A stretch of DNA of 64,000 nucleotides from Euprymna scolopes (taxonomy: Eukaryota), in NCBI GenBank assembly GCA_053919585.1, contig CM132815.1; one strand, given 5' to 3'. The notes beneath the pieces are model-generated. The model worked only from the letters and a program-made list of their open reading frames with translations. It did not search any database and was not told where the DNA came from. The position numbers and the translations under genes were made by a program. Each line of letters starts with the position of its first letter. The stretch's first letter is position 1. Positions 12,445-27,289 of the stretch are shown here, in pieces.

Positions 12445-13208
12445 CTAGCAAAAGTACTCGTCGTTGACTGGGTTCAAAAACAGACTACAGAAAATGGACT
12501 CTGATTTATGAAAGTATGATAGGTTATGAAAAGGAAGGATTGTAAAGAGATAGCTTCGAATTTGGGGTTATCAAAACCAAAGCAAAATATGATGAAAGTA
12601 AAAATAAAATAGATAAACCCCATAATTTATTATACCATACCTGTTCACACTGAAACACTTATCACAATATTCTGTGGATCTATATTAAAAACCCTTGTTA
12701 AACTTTGTGACATACTTCCATTCTATGGAGGCCAGGCACGAACGAACACCCCATAATTTTATTATACCATTTTTCTTCAAACTGAAACATAATTATCGAA
12801 GTATACTTACGCAGATAGATATGAAAAGTTTTTATTAAAGTTTGTGCCTATTTCCATTCTATGGAGGTCAGGCGCGAACGCAGACCCCTCAATTTTATTA
12901 TATCATCCCTATTTAAGTTAAAACATACTTATCAAAGTATTCTTATGTACATCTATATCAAAAACACTTGTAAACGTTTTTTTTTTTTTAATTTAAAAAT
13001 TTTTTTTTTTCATACTTTGTGGACCAGGCGCGAACGCAGACCCCACAATTTTTATGAACCACCGTTCTGCAGGATCAAATATACCCATTTCTGTGTCTCG
13101 ATACATCTTCTATCATTATATGTAATTAGTTTTTTTTAAATAGTCAACCATATAGGAGCCTATTCGTGACCACACGCACACACACATATACACACATTCA
13201 GCTTTATA

Positions 13209-13266
<58 letters not shown>

Positions 13267-13267
13267 A
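12445..13267 (-). mobile_element. Non-autonomous Helitron-like element (family B) with internal subrepeats
   Basis: 3' CCCAGTCAACGACGAGT...CTAG|T and 5' A|TCC(TA)n. Internal repeats CATTCTATGGAGG.CAGGC.CGAAC. Homologous to 54549-56578. Confidence 0.75.
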
Positions 13268-13659
13268 TAAGGCATAAAATATTAAAGTCGACGTTACCAA
13301 TTATTAGACGGTATCTTCGTGTGAATTAGTGAAAGAGATCGAAACGTTTTCTCCATCCCAATCTAGACTACAATTTTTCAAAGAACTAGAGTTCCTCGCA
13401 TTATAATTGTCAGTGCAAAGTATGATCCTACTCCTAACGCTGACGGTCAACATGGTGACTATTTCTACAACAACGTGCATTTGACAGTTTACCCTCCAAT
13501 GGTCTATTTATTGCCTTCACTAAACTTAATTATTAAACCGAGGAAGCTTTAAAAAGAAATTCCTTTTCTAGTAGTTTTGCAACAAACGAAAGAATTCCAG
13601 TCGAAGTCTTTAATAAATTTCATTTTTTAAATTTTGTTTTCATTAAAATGACAAAAAAT

Positions 13660-14030
13660 TGCCTTTAACTAGATAATAAACACTATATTGATGTAAATTG
13701 GCTTAAGTTGGAAGTAGAGCTTGAACTCAAATTGACAAATTGATGGCAAGGAACTGACTAGAAGAAAAATTGATTATCATAATGACAGAAGTTGTCTATT
13801 CATTTTAGTCTTGAAAGGATCAAAGTTGCAGATATGAAAAAAAGAGCTCCACAAGCTTGCAGTTCTTGTGAATAACCTACTGGAATATAAAGCTGCAGAG
13901 AAACAGAAAGTGTGGGGATTATAAAATTACAGAACGACTCAACTCATAAAGGACCTCCCGAAATTGATTATTTCCACTAGTTATTATATAAAAAGGTTTA
14001 CATGCGACGTCTTATTGCTATAAATGTGCT
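13660..14030 (+). pseudogene. Possible decayed Polinton/Maverick-type capsid-like coding remnant
   Basis: Broken frames LDNKHYIDVNWLKLEVELELKL..DG, HKLAVLVNNLLEY and K(G)..RR. The resemblance is from memory only and was not verified. Confidence 0.25.
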
Positions 14031-14575
14031 CCGTGTGCTGTCGGTCGAGCTAAAAACTGAAGCAGTCTCGAAATAAGCAAAGAGATCCATCAGTTAAGTA
14101 AGCCAAGACATTCGTTCCGCTTGATCGGCCAGCAATCAATGATTGGTTTTGATGTACAAGTTGAAACATGTATTAACGCTGTTCATGTCGAAACGAGCAA
14201 GACTCGCGTTGAAGCTTCCACGCATTGATTTTTGCTTTGTGCTCGGAACTTATCTTGCTAATGAATGTCTTTGAAGTTATAGCATTCAAAATATGTCAGC
14301 ATTTCTGTAGTTTTGTCTGTCTAAGGATGTGGATGCGATCAACCAGATATTTGTTGCTTATCCAAGTTTACATACTTTACTACATATGGATGCACAAGTG
14401 TATACACCCAGTGAAAAAATATAAGGAAAATGTTGTCTTTCGCCAGTGTATGCATAAATATTCATAAAAATACAAAAAAAAATGTCTCAAGCACTGAAGT
14501 TGAAAAAGAAAGACAACGTATGGAACGTTAGAGTTTAAAAAAGAAAACACACTAAATATTTCAGACAAAATATCA

Positions 14576-16332
14576 ATATTGCCTTCTATGTGTTCTATAT
14601 TATTCATATATTGCTTGATATGTTTTCTATATTATTCATATATTGCCTTCTATGTGTTCTATATTATTCATATATTGCCTGGTATGTGTTCTATATTATT
14701 CATATATTGCCTGGTATGTGTTCTATATTATTCATATATTGCCTTCTATGTGTTCTATATTATTCATATATTGCCTGGTATGTGTTCTATATTATTCATA
14801 TATTGCCTGGTATGTGTTCTATATTATTCATATATTGCCTTCTATGTGTTCTATATTATTCATATATTGCCTGGTATGTGTTCTATATTATTCATATATT
14901 GCCTGGTATGTGTTCTATATTATTCACATATTGCCTGGTATGTGTTCTATATTATTCATATATTGCCTGGTATGTGTTCTATATTATTCATATATTGCCT
15001 GGTATGTGTTATATATTATTCATATATTGCCTGGTATGTGTTCTATATTATTCATATATTGCCTTCTGTGTGTTCTATATTATCCATATATTGCCTGGTA
15101 TGTGTTCTATATTATTCATATATTGCCTGGTATGTGTTCTATATTATTCATATATTGCCTGGTATGTGTTCTATATTATTCATATATTGCCTGGTATGTG
15201 TTCTATATTATTCATATATTGCCTTCTATGTGTTCTATATTATCCATATATTGCCTGGTATGTGTTCTATATTATTCATATATTGCCTGGTATGTGTTCT
15301 ATATTATTCATATATTGCCTGGTATGTGTTCTATATTATTCATATATTGCCTGGTATGTGTTCTATATTATTCATATATTGCCTGGTATGTGTTCTATAT
15401 TATTCATATATTGCCTTCTATGTGTTCTATATTATTCATATATTGCCTGGTATGTGTTCTATATTATTCATATATTGCCTGGTATGTGTTCTATATTATT
15501 CATATATTGCCTTCTATGTGTTCTATATTATTCATATATTGCCTGGTATGTGTTCTATATTATTCATATATTGCCTGGTATGTGTTCTATATTATTCACA
15601 TATTGCCTGGTATGTGTTCTATATTATTCATATATTGCCTGGTATGTGTTCTATATTATTCATATATTGCCTGGTATGTGTTCTATATTATTCATATATT
15701 GCCTGGTATGTGTTCTATATTATTCATATATTGCCTTCTGTGTGTTCTATATTATCCATATATTGCCTGGTATGTGTTCTATATTATTCATATATTGCCT
15801 GGTATGTGTTCTATATTATTCATATATTGCCTGGTATGTGTTCTATATTATTCATATATTGCCTGGTATGTGTTCTATATTATTCATATATTGCCTTCTA
15901 TGTGTTCTATATTATCCATATATTGCCTGGTATGTGTTCTATATTATTCATATATTGCCTGGTATGTGTTCTATATTATTCATATATTGCCTGGTATGTG
16001 TTCTATATTATTCATATATTGCCTGGTATGTGTTCTATATTATTCACATATTGCCTGGTATGTGTTCTATATTATTCATATATTGCCTGGTATGCGTTCT
16101 ATATTATTCATATATTGCCTTCTATGTGTTCTATATTATTCATATATTGCCTGGTATGTGTTCTATATTATTCATATATTGTCTTCTATGTGTTCTATAT
16201 TATTCATATATTGCATGGTATGTGTTCTATATTATTCATATATTGCATGGTATGTGTTCTATATTATTCATATATTGCATGGTATGTGTTCTATATTATT
16301 CATATATTGCCTGGTATGTTTTCTATATTATT
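14576..16332. repeat. 32-bp tandem satellite, ~55 copies
   Basis: Unit TATTGCCTGGTATGTGTTCTATATTATTCATA with a TTC/TGG dimorphism. Variants recur at a 672-bp period. Confidence 0.98.
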
Positions 16333-17274
16333 ATTTTTTTTTCATTTTTCTTTTTTTTTTGTCAAACGTAATTTTTTGGGTTGTATGTAATTCTTTTCTG
16401 GATATATTAATTTAATAAAACCGGGATACAGCTATTTGTTTTGCGTGTTCGACGCTGAAAATCGTGACAGACCAAATAAACTTACAATAGGTACATCATC
16501 CGATAATAGTGTTTCAAAATTAAGCTTACAGACTAACGGAAATAGTATCCTAACATTAAGCTTAACAGGCCGGTAAATATAGAGATCATCTCATATAGAT
16601 GCTTGGATGCATCTAAAATATAAGTCTGTTAATCTACGCGTTTATGGATGTTAAATCTTAAAACGAAAACCGTTGAATGATTTGACGGATAATGAATCTG
16701 CAGATGAGACATGATAGAGCAAGACTATTCGGCAATTGAAATTCATAAAAAAAATGATTAAAAATTTCTATGTTGTACATCTGATAGACTTAGTCCCTAT
16801 TTACCTTCCGACGAGGACGATGTTGGATACAAGGTGGTTAAATCCCCAAAACAATGCTCTGAGTTTGACGAAAAATAAAAATTGCATCAGTATAGAAAAA
16901 TTACCTTGACGAATTCAGGATAGAAAAACTTTAGAGTAGTATACGAACAGATACTACACTAAAAAATACTTGCCGAGTGGTGCAAGAATTTTAAAATAAT
17001 ATTTTCTTACTATATTTTTAAAAATTTAAGTGTGTTGATTTAAACGCATATTTCAAATAACTCTCTTACCATTGAAATTATAAGGAATAGTTTCAGGAAT
17101 ATATTTATTTGCCCTTTTTTTTTAACAGTCTGTAATTATGGTGATTAAAATGTATATTTCAAGTGACTCTGCAAATATTACACATTCTTTGAGGACCTGT
17201 TCGATCCTCTTCCGGGAGAGAAGGATGTCGAAAATACAACCATTGAAATTATAAAAAAAAAACTAAGAAATTAG

Positions 17275-17410
17275 TTGGCATTATTTGCGTAATGGTTTAA
17301 GTTTTCCTTAATGTGACGGAAGGCTGGAAGTCGTTCCTCGGTCGAATAATATGAAAGTCTCAAAAATGGTACTTACTGTCATCTTGCTAAACATAAAAAA
17401 TTATAAAGAT
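17275..17410 (+). mobile_element. Degenerate tRNA-headed SINE with a Meta/MESC-like core
   Basis: A-box-like TGCGTAATGG, followed by GGTCG..AAAGTCTCAAAAATGGTACTTACTG, which resembles the AAAGACTTTAAAAATGGTACT core as recalled for MetaSINEs. Confidence 0.4.
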
Positions 17411-18189
17411 GAAGATCAATAAGTGGAGTTAGCTAATCTAACGAAGATAAATGTTAAACGAAAACACTGACAATTAGTTTGATGGATGCCAAACAATATT
17501 TGATAGAAGGAAATGATTTGAACATTTAACTCCACTTTATGTATTCGACATGTGAAAGCCATGGTAACACGAATTGGCATTATGTTTTGGTGTATCAGCC
17601 ACCGAAATGGTGCTTCCAGGTCATCCTCGACTAAGGTTGACTTACTTTATTTTACTAATTACTATAGTTAGCTTTACAGTCATTGTAATTAAATTTTAAA
17701 GATTATTTTACATTTCTCCTGAAGGTTTTAAGAAAATTATCAAAACCTAAAAGAAGTTTAGTTTAGTAAAAGCAAATAATCAAAGCCTTCCATGTACATA
17801 CATCTGTTTTCACAGATTGCAAAATCTATTAGTTTTTCTTGGTGCAAATTTTGCAATTATATTCGGTTTATATGTATGCATTCTCCCGAAAACCATGGAA
17901 ACGCAGTGTCTTAATCCATTATTTAGAGTTGTCCATTTGTAATTTGCAATAATGGATTCTTAATGCATTCAACATCTNNNNNNNNNNNNNNNNNNNNNNN
18001 NNNNNNNNNNNNNNNNNNNNNNNNNNNNNNNNNNNNNNNNNNNNNNNNNNNNNNNNNNNNNNNNNNNNNNNNNNNNNNNNNNNNNNNNNNNNNNNNNNNN
18101 NNNNNNNNNNNNNTATATCTTAGTGAGAGATAATCCTACTAGGATGCTAGGTTATTAAGAGTAATTCAAAATAAAGAGTATGATATTTA

Positions 18190-18234
<45 letters not shown>

Positions 18235-18795
18235 CAGAAGATCAGAACAACATATGTACCGTCAGTTTCAAATTCGACAAAGCGTAACAGATGCTTCCTT
18301 TATTAAATGGTGAATGTATAGTACGTATAGTTAACATTGTTAAATGTAGAAAATATATGAAAATATATTTATTTATCCGTTATAACATTTGATATCAAAA
18401 ACTGTTTTCTTGCGTTTGCAATTCTCTAGTGATGCTAATTCAAACGGATCGTTCAATTACAAATTATGGCAGAAAACGGTAAAATAAACATTAAACAGAA
18501 TTAATGAAGTTTTGAACTTTTAATCAACGTAGAACCGAAGTTAATATTCCATGACGGCTTTTAGTTCCCTGCAAAGGAAAGATAATTAAAAGCACATTGC
18601 ATGATCCTTCGAACATCCATGAATAAGACGTTAAAATGTTAGGATTTTTACTTTAACATTTACAGTAAGTGTTAAATGTACGGAAGATTTATAAGAAAAA
18701 CAAAAGAATACAATTTAGATTACTGTAATCTTCATCGATAAACTGGCATGAATAGTGCAATTCGCAAGTATTGAGTAATTACTTTATATTCATGA

Positions 18796-19341
18796 CTAGC
18801 GAGGGGTATCCGGCGTTGCCCGGGTGTTTGGGGGGGGGGGTAAAAAAGTGAGCATGAGGATCGAACCGTTCAGGCAAAGTTGTAAATTAAAGTGTGAAAA
18901 AAAAATAAAAACGTGCGATGTTAACCATTGCAACACCGCGAGATGCTAACGGAAACACGTTTGAATTTATTTAATTAGTTGGATTTAGCAGGTGCCCTTT
19001 TTAAATGAAAAGTTTTGACTGCGGGATAGTATTCATTTACTGCTGAACGCTCCCCCCCCCGCGAAGATGTTACAGGAAAAACACTAACCCACATGCGGCG
19101 AGCGACAAATATTGATTATTTATATTTCCGAAATCGAGCAAATTAAATAGACAGGCGAGCTTCGTTGTTAACTGTGAGATATTACGATTTGTATGTGATA
19201 TAAAAAGTTTTTAAAAGTTGTGAACCGAGCGACCGCTTCTCTGAAAAAAGCCTTTTGTTGACATACAGAAAAAGCGAACACACATACATACATACATACA
19301 TACATACATACATACATACATTTTCGATTTATATTTATAGA
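18796..19341 (-). mobile_element. Non-autonomous Helitron-like element
   Basis: Minus strand A|TCTATAAATATAAA ... CCCGGGCAACGCCGGA...CTAG|T, with (TACA)n near the 5' end. Confidence 0.8.
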
Positions 19342-19579
19342 TGGAAGCGGTGCATTGGTTACCTGTGCGGAAAGTGCGACCAACACGCTTTTATCACTTA
19401 CATTTAAAAATGTATGTGTTAGGATGATAGAACTTAAGCAAGTAGAACTAAAATCTCTTATGTTCGAGGTTGTTTTACCTCTATCATGGGAGTTCTATCG
19501 CGGAGACACAAAAATGGAAAGAGACAACTATTAGTAGGCGCCATTAGAAAAATAACTAAGAATCCGGGTAAACTAAAAA

Positions 19580-21299
<1,720 letters not shown>

Positions 21300-21510
21300 C
21301 CATGCAGAGTGGGGAGTAGTGTTTGTTCTTGCTGGGTACGGCAGTCAGTCTGGATCGATGTGCACGTCCGCTGGTTGGCGCGAATTTTAACACTAAAAGT
21401 ACAAGACGAGAAAAATGATTTTATGATTTATTAAAATTTTCCTTGCCATTTTCTTGTTTTCAAATAATTTTTATTTACCTACGAAATGTCTTCAAACATG
21501 TGACAAAAAG

Positions 21511-21560
<50 letters not shown>

Positions 21561-21566
<6 letters not shown>

Positions 21567-23545
21567 CACGGAAATTACATAATTGTCGATGCAATAATTT
21601 ATTTCAACCTTATGGTATTTTCAAGCATCTAAACTAGACAATTACATTTTTGATACTGAAATAAAGAAAGAAAAAGAATTGGGCCCCGACCGTCAAAAAC
21701 CAGAGGGGGTAGTAGTAGCAATCCACTTAATACATTTTATAGAGAGGGTGGGAATTAAGTTAGTATGGGAGGGATTTGTTAAAAAAACAACAAGAACATT
21801 ATGACACCTAAAACGGCTGTCCGGTAGCCCGACGTAACAACATACACACACACACACCACAACACACACACACATACACACACACACACACCTAAATATG
21901 CACGTTCTTACACGTAAATGACTTGACACGCGTTTACTAACCTAGGAAGAAGAGGGAGAAATATACGGATATAGAGAGAAGGAAATAAACTGCGCGTAAG
22001 GAAAAGAGAAGAAGAAAGAAAAAAGAAGGAAGAGAGTGACCATCCGCTGCCTGTCATATGGTTTAATTAGTCTAGAATCTCTGAGAAAGAGAAGGGAAAG
22101 AAAATGAAGATTATACGCGCGTCATAGTGTTAATTGAGTCATGGAAAATAAGTCTATTAAAAGATATATAAAAAAAGTTTATATACAAAGTTTTAAAACT
22201 ATCTGTATGTTTTCATGTTAAAATTAGTTTGAAATAAATATTATCTTACAATACATTTAAATTTTCTATATTGTATTTGTAATATATTACTATGAATTCA
22301 AAAAATTGAGTCTTATGTAGTTAATATTTTATATATTTTTATGTAATTAATTTTATTGGTGATTATAGCGGTCGTCGTAATTTTGCTCACTAATATTTCT
22401 CTTCCTAATTGATTAAGATGCAGAAAATTGCATTATTAGTCGCCCCAAATTCCATAGGACGTATTTAGTTTCGGTTACTATATACTTTTATTCATTCCGT
22501 ACACAAAAGTACTTTCATGTACGCATAAATAAATAAATAAATAAATAAAATAGTTATTATTTTAAAGTTTTGTGTTAATTTATATTAAATCTAATAATGT
22601 CTAGTGGTAGTATTTGATATTTTTTTACTTATATCAGTTTAATAACTAATGTATTATCTGCAGAGAAAAAATTTCTGCATCTTAATCAATTAGGAAGTGA
22701 AATATTAGTGAGCAAAATTACAACGACCGCTATAATCACCAATAAAATTAATTACATAAAAATACATAAAATATTAACTACATAAGAATCAATTTTTTGA
22801 ATTCATAGTAATATATTACAAATACAATATAGAAAATTTAAATGTATTGTAAGATAATATTTATTTCAAACTAATTTTAACATGAAAACATACAGATAGT
22901 TTTAAAACTTTGTATATAAACTTTTTTTATATATCTTTTAATAGACTTATATTCCATGACTCAATTAACACTATGACGCGCGTATAATCTTCATTTTCTT
23001 TCCCTTCTCTTTCTCAGAGATTCTAGACTAATTAAACCATATGACAGGCAGCGGATGGTCACTCTCTTCCTTCTTTTTTCTTTCTTCTTCTCTTTCCCTT
23101 ACGAGAAGTTTATTTCCTTCTCTCTATATCCGTATATTTCTCCCTCTTCTTCCTAGGTTAGTAAACGCGTGTCAAGTCATTTACGTGTAAGAACGTGCAT
23201 ATTTAGGGGGGTGTATGTGTGTATGTGTGTGTGTGTGTGTGTGTGTTGTGGTGTGTTTGTCTGTTGTTACGTCGGGCTACCGGGCAGCCGTTTTAGGTGT
23301 CATAATGTTCTTGTTGTTGTTTTTTAAAAAATCCTTCCCATACTAACTTAATTCCCATCCTCTCTATAAAATGTATTAAGTGGATTGCTACTACTACCCC
23401 CTCTGGTTTTTGACGGTCGGGGCCCAATTCTCTTTCTTTCTTTATTTCAGTATCAAAAATGTAATTGTCTAGTTTAGATGCTTGAAAATACCATAAGGTT
23501 GAAATAAATTATTGCATCGACAATTATGTAATTTCCGTGTTATAT
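21561..23545. repeat. ~2-kb foldback: two ~870-bp inverted arms with a 245-bp spacer
   Basis: 21561-22426 is the reverse complement of 22672-23545, with scattered substitutions and microsatellite length differences. Ends are TA|ACACGG...CCGTGT|TA. Confidence 0.95.
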
Positions 23546-23618
23546 TTTTATGTTATTGCTCTGTTTACCACATTGAGCTCTCATACCCGGATTTCCTCCT
23601 AGAATTATTCCATTATAA

Positions 23619-23656
<38 letters not shown>

Positions 23657-23770
23657 TCTTAACTCAAGAATATCGAACAAATCTGAAAGATGTGGTTTGC
23701 ATGATTATATATGTCTACGTTAAATCAAATGTATTTTTCTTTCCTTATTTTCTGTCATTCATGTGCTGCA

Positions 23771-23809
<39 letters not shown>

Positions 23810-25035
23810 GCACCTGTGTGTCCTCGGGCATAATCCTCTGCAAGGCATTAATAGTTATTATATCTTGACACCCGTATTCATAACAGTATGTATTAATCTG
23901 TCACTACTCACCATATTTTTTAAGAATTATTCACCTCTTATCAAGTATCGATAGTCACTTGAGGACAAGGGTTAAAAAAATTGTCAGTTGGGAGATGATT
24001 TGGTGGAATGGACAGAAGATTATTAAAGATTATTCAAAAGAACAGCTCAACGCGTATTTGTTTACATTTGACTTGAATACAAACATGTTCTAATCTTGTA
24101 CTTGACTATCTGAAAACAGTAAGTCCTCGGAAAAATACCTGCGACCAGAACATTTCTGAACGGTCCTCGATTACCTGTTGGAGAGTATGAATCCATTTCT
24201 AACAAATGCATTAATAGTAATTGAGATAGGCTGGACATATTGAATTGTCATTTTCATAAACTCTTACTACAACTAAAATATGGGATTGGCTTTATACGTG
24301 CAAGAAGCATAAGCTGAGCTATTTCTGATTTGAAAAGAAAGTTTCATTTTATTGTCCAAGTTATATTTAGCGTGACAGCTCTGAGCATTGAATAGAAACA
24401 ATCCTTTCACACCGTAGACGCTCGTCCGATTGACGCCATTAACAAGCGCCGTTCTTCCGCATCGGCCAAGGCTAATTGATGGAGCATTTATACAACGTCC
24501 GCATCGTGATCATCGCCGTTGTCACGTCCATTGCTGATACGTTGACTACCTGTAATAATGAACAATCGAGCGCAACCCCATTGCTGTAGATAATCAATGA
24601 CGGAGCCAGTATGCTTCTTCAGTAACTTTCGAAATGATGGATACATATTGGCTTGGCGACAAACGAGTCTCGGCAATCAGTAGCCACATGACGTCATTAG
24701 AAAAAAGGACAAACAGACAGCAACTGTGCGAAACTGGCTATTAAACTGCACAGACAAATATAACAACAGAGATAAAATAACATTAACCAGAATAGAATGG
24801 TTAAATTAAAATGAAGTAAATAGACAAGTACAAAATAGGCACACGTCTCACTCAGGAAAGATACGACAGTAATAAATATATTGACAGCATTTAATCATTT
24901 GATGACTGTTTTACATAAATCCTGCAAATTCTGCTACCATGTCATATTAATATGTAAAATATATGCAAATAAATTTGAAACAGTGACAGTTATCTCTCTA
25001 TTTATGTATATCTATATTAGCATATATTGATATAC

Positions 25036-25075
25036 TAGCAGGACCCGTTAATCGGCGTTGCCAGGTGGAAACCTC
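25036..25075 (-). mobile_element. Helitron-like 3' terminus (5' end not identified)
   Basis: A-CTAG-CAGGACCCG..CGGCGTTGCCAGG, the same terminal motif as family A. Confidence 0.5.
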
Positions 25076-25824
25076 TCCCCCACCTCGCCAACTTGCAGGT
25101 GTTGTTTGAATCTGGCAAAAGCAAATAAGGGAATGCGTGAATCCGTATGAAATAATACAATTAGGAATAATGATCCATTAGAATAAGAATAGGCTGTATA
25201 AACATATTTTTTAGAATGTAGGGATACTGTATATGGACTGTTTAGATTGATAGAAACTCCCAATGTTAAGAACGGCTTTCGGAATAGATGCCACCAACCT
25301 TCCCTCGAAATAGAAATCTCAAACCTCCCCATGTAAAGAACGTATATAAGAGCAGAGCACTCCCTTTTTAGTTGGGGTGGTAGATAAAAAAAAATACCCA
25401 GATTTAACTGAAAATCGTAGGCAGCATACCCACCCGCAAATTATATGGTTGGTGACAGTGTCGATAAGAGAGAAGTAGATTTTTGTGTCGCGCACGAGTA
25501 CAAATCTGGCAGGCATTGAATTACAGTGCAGAATGTATGTACTCATATCTCTAGAAGCATTTGCCTGCGCAAAATTTGAATGATATTTTCGAAATTAGGA
25601 TGGACGAAAACCACCAAAAGTGGTCATTGTAACGCAAAATGCGGAGATGGATGTAATGTAAAAAGTTACCCCCACCTAAAAAAAAAGTTGGTGCGTGTGA
25701 AGAAACAAAAATAAGCAAAGGTGAACTAATTTTGCTGATTGTGCAGTTTTGCCACCACGCTATTTTTAAACAGTTTAATCAGGGTAAATGCAAGCTTCAG
25801 GGTCTCTTTTTTATTATTATTAAA

Positions 25825-27177
25825 CAAGCAGTTCAGCCTAATTTTGCTCAGATCCTATGTACTGTTCATAACTTTTGTGTGCATATGTATATATATATTA
25901 AAAAGTTTGACTCATGTCCAGGTAAACTACCTCTAAAATTTAAAGTGTTTAGAGCAAAAATTGGCGGAGGAGTTTGATAGAGTCTGCAAAGAGCAACTCT
26001 TTCAACTTTGACCTCTTGGCAGCCAAAATTTCTCCCCAAAACTGATTAAAAAGCTTGCTACATGGTCTGAATACCTTTTATGAAAAATTTCAAATGTTCA
26101 GACCCAAAATTGGCTGAATAGTTTGCTAGACACTGCAAAGGTGAAATCTTTTGAAGTTTTACCCCTTGGTAGCCAAATTTTAGGCCAAACCCCGATTAAA
26201 ACCCTTGCCCTATATCTGAATACACTTTCTGTAAAATTTCAAATGTTTAGACCAAAAATTGGCTGAGAGGTATAATTTTTTAAATTTGGACCCCAATTTG
26301 GACCCCTTAACATTTATTGTTTCGGGATTAAATCAAGTTAAAACATTTGATTCATGTCCAAGTATCCTACATCTCACATTTCAAGTGTTAACACCCAAAA
26401 TTGGCGGAGGAGTTTGGTAGAGTTTTCAAAAGTCAAATCGTTGAACTTTGACCCTTCGAAAGCTAAATTACTGGCCGAAAACCGATTAAAAAGATTTTCC
26501 AAAATCTTAATACTCCTTATGTCAAATCTCGAGTGTGTAGACTAAAAATTGACAGAGTAATTTTGTAGGAAAATGTACATACATACAGACACACAGACAA
26601 TTTCACTTTTATAAACATACTATTAGTTCAGCCTGGCTTTGCTCGGGCCCTATGTACGGTTCATACCTTGCCCCACGTGTGAATACACTTTATCTAACAT
26701 TTCAAATGTTTAGACCAAAATTTGTCAGTAGTTTTATAGACAGCACAGAGGTATATTTTTAATTTGACCGCAATTTTGACCCCTTAACATTTATTATTTT
26801 GGTCTCAAATAAAATACAAAGTTTTACCCATGTCCAAGTTACCTACATCTAAAGTTTCAACTCTTTAAACTTTGACCTTTTGGCAGCAAAATTTTCGCCC
26901 CGAAACTGATTAAAATGCTTGCCGTATGTCTGAATACCCGTTATGTATAAATTTCAAATGTTAGACTCAAAATTTGCTGAGTAGTTTGCTATACACTGAA
27001 AACTTTATGTAAAATTTCAAATGTTTAGACCAGAAACCTCCTTGAACTTTAACCCCTTGACAGCTAAATTTCTGGCCGAAAACCGATTAAAAAGATTTTC
27101 CCAAATCTCAATACACAAAATTGTACTTTGGTAGAGATATGTACGCACACACGCACACACATTTTCACTTTTATAGA
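25825..27177 (-). mobile_element. Two head-to-tail Helitron-like elements (family C; 25825-26619 and 26620-27177) with ~120-bp internal subrepeats
   Basis: On the + strand both begin AGTTCAGCCT..TTTGCTC.G..CCTATGTAC.GTTCATA and end CAC..TTTCACTTTTATA. AAAATTTCAAATGTTTAGACC..TTTGACCC blocks are repeated internally. Confidence 0.6.
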
Positions 27178-27289
27178 TTGTTAGGTGGAAGGTGCTGTTT
27201 ACAATTTGTCATTATTCTTAGGGTGACAACTCTCTTTTACTAAGAGATTCGTTCATTTTTTTCATTTCATAATTTAGGACGCTAATTAG

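Noticed and set aside
14579-16415. Three ~600-aa ORFs as genes
   Set aside because: They are translations of a stop-free 32-bp satellite in all three frames, with no unique domain.
24400-24700. GC-richer island as a coding exon
   Set aside because: No recognisable protein motif or splice structure was found by eye. A homology search would be needed.
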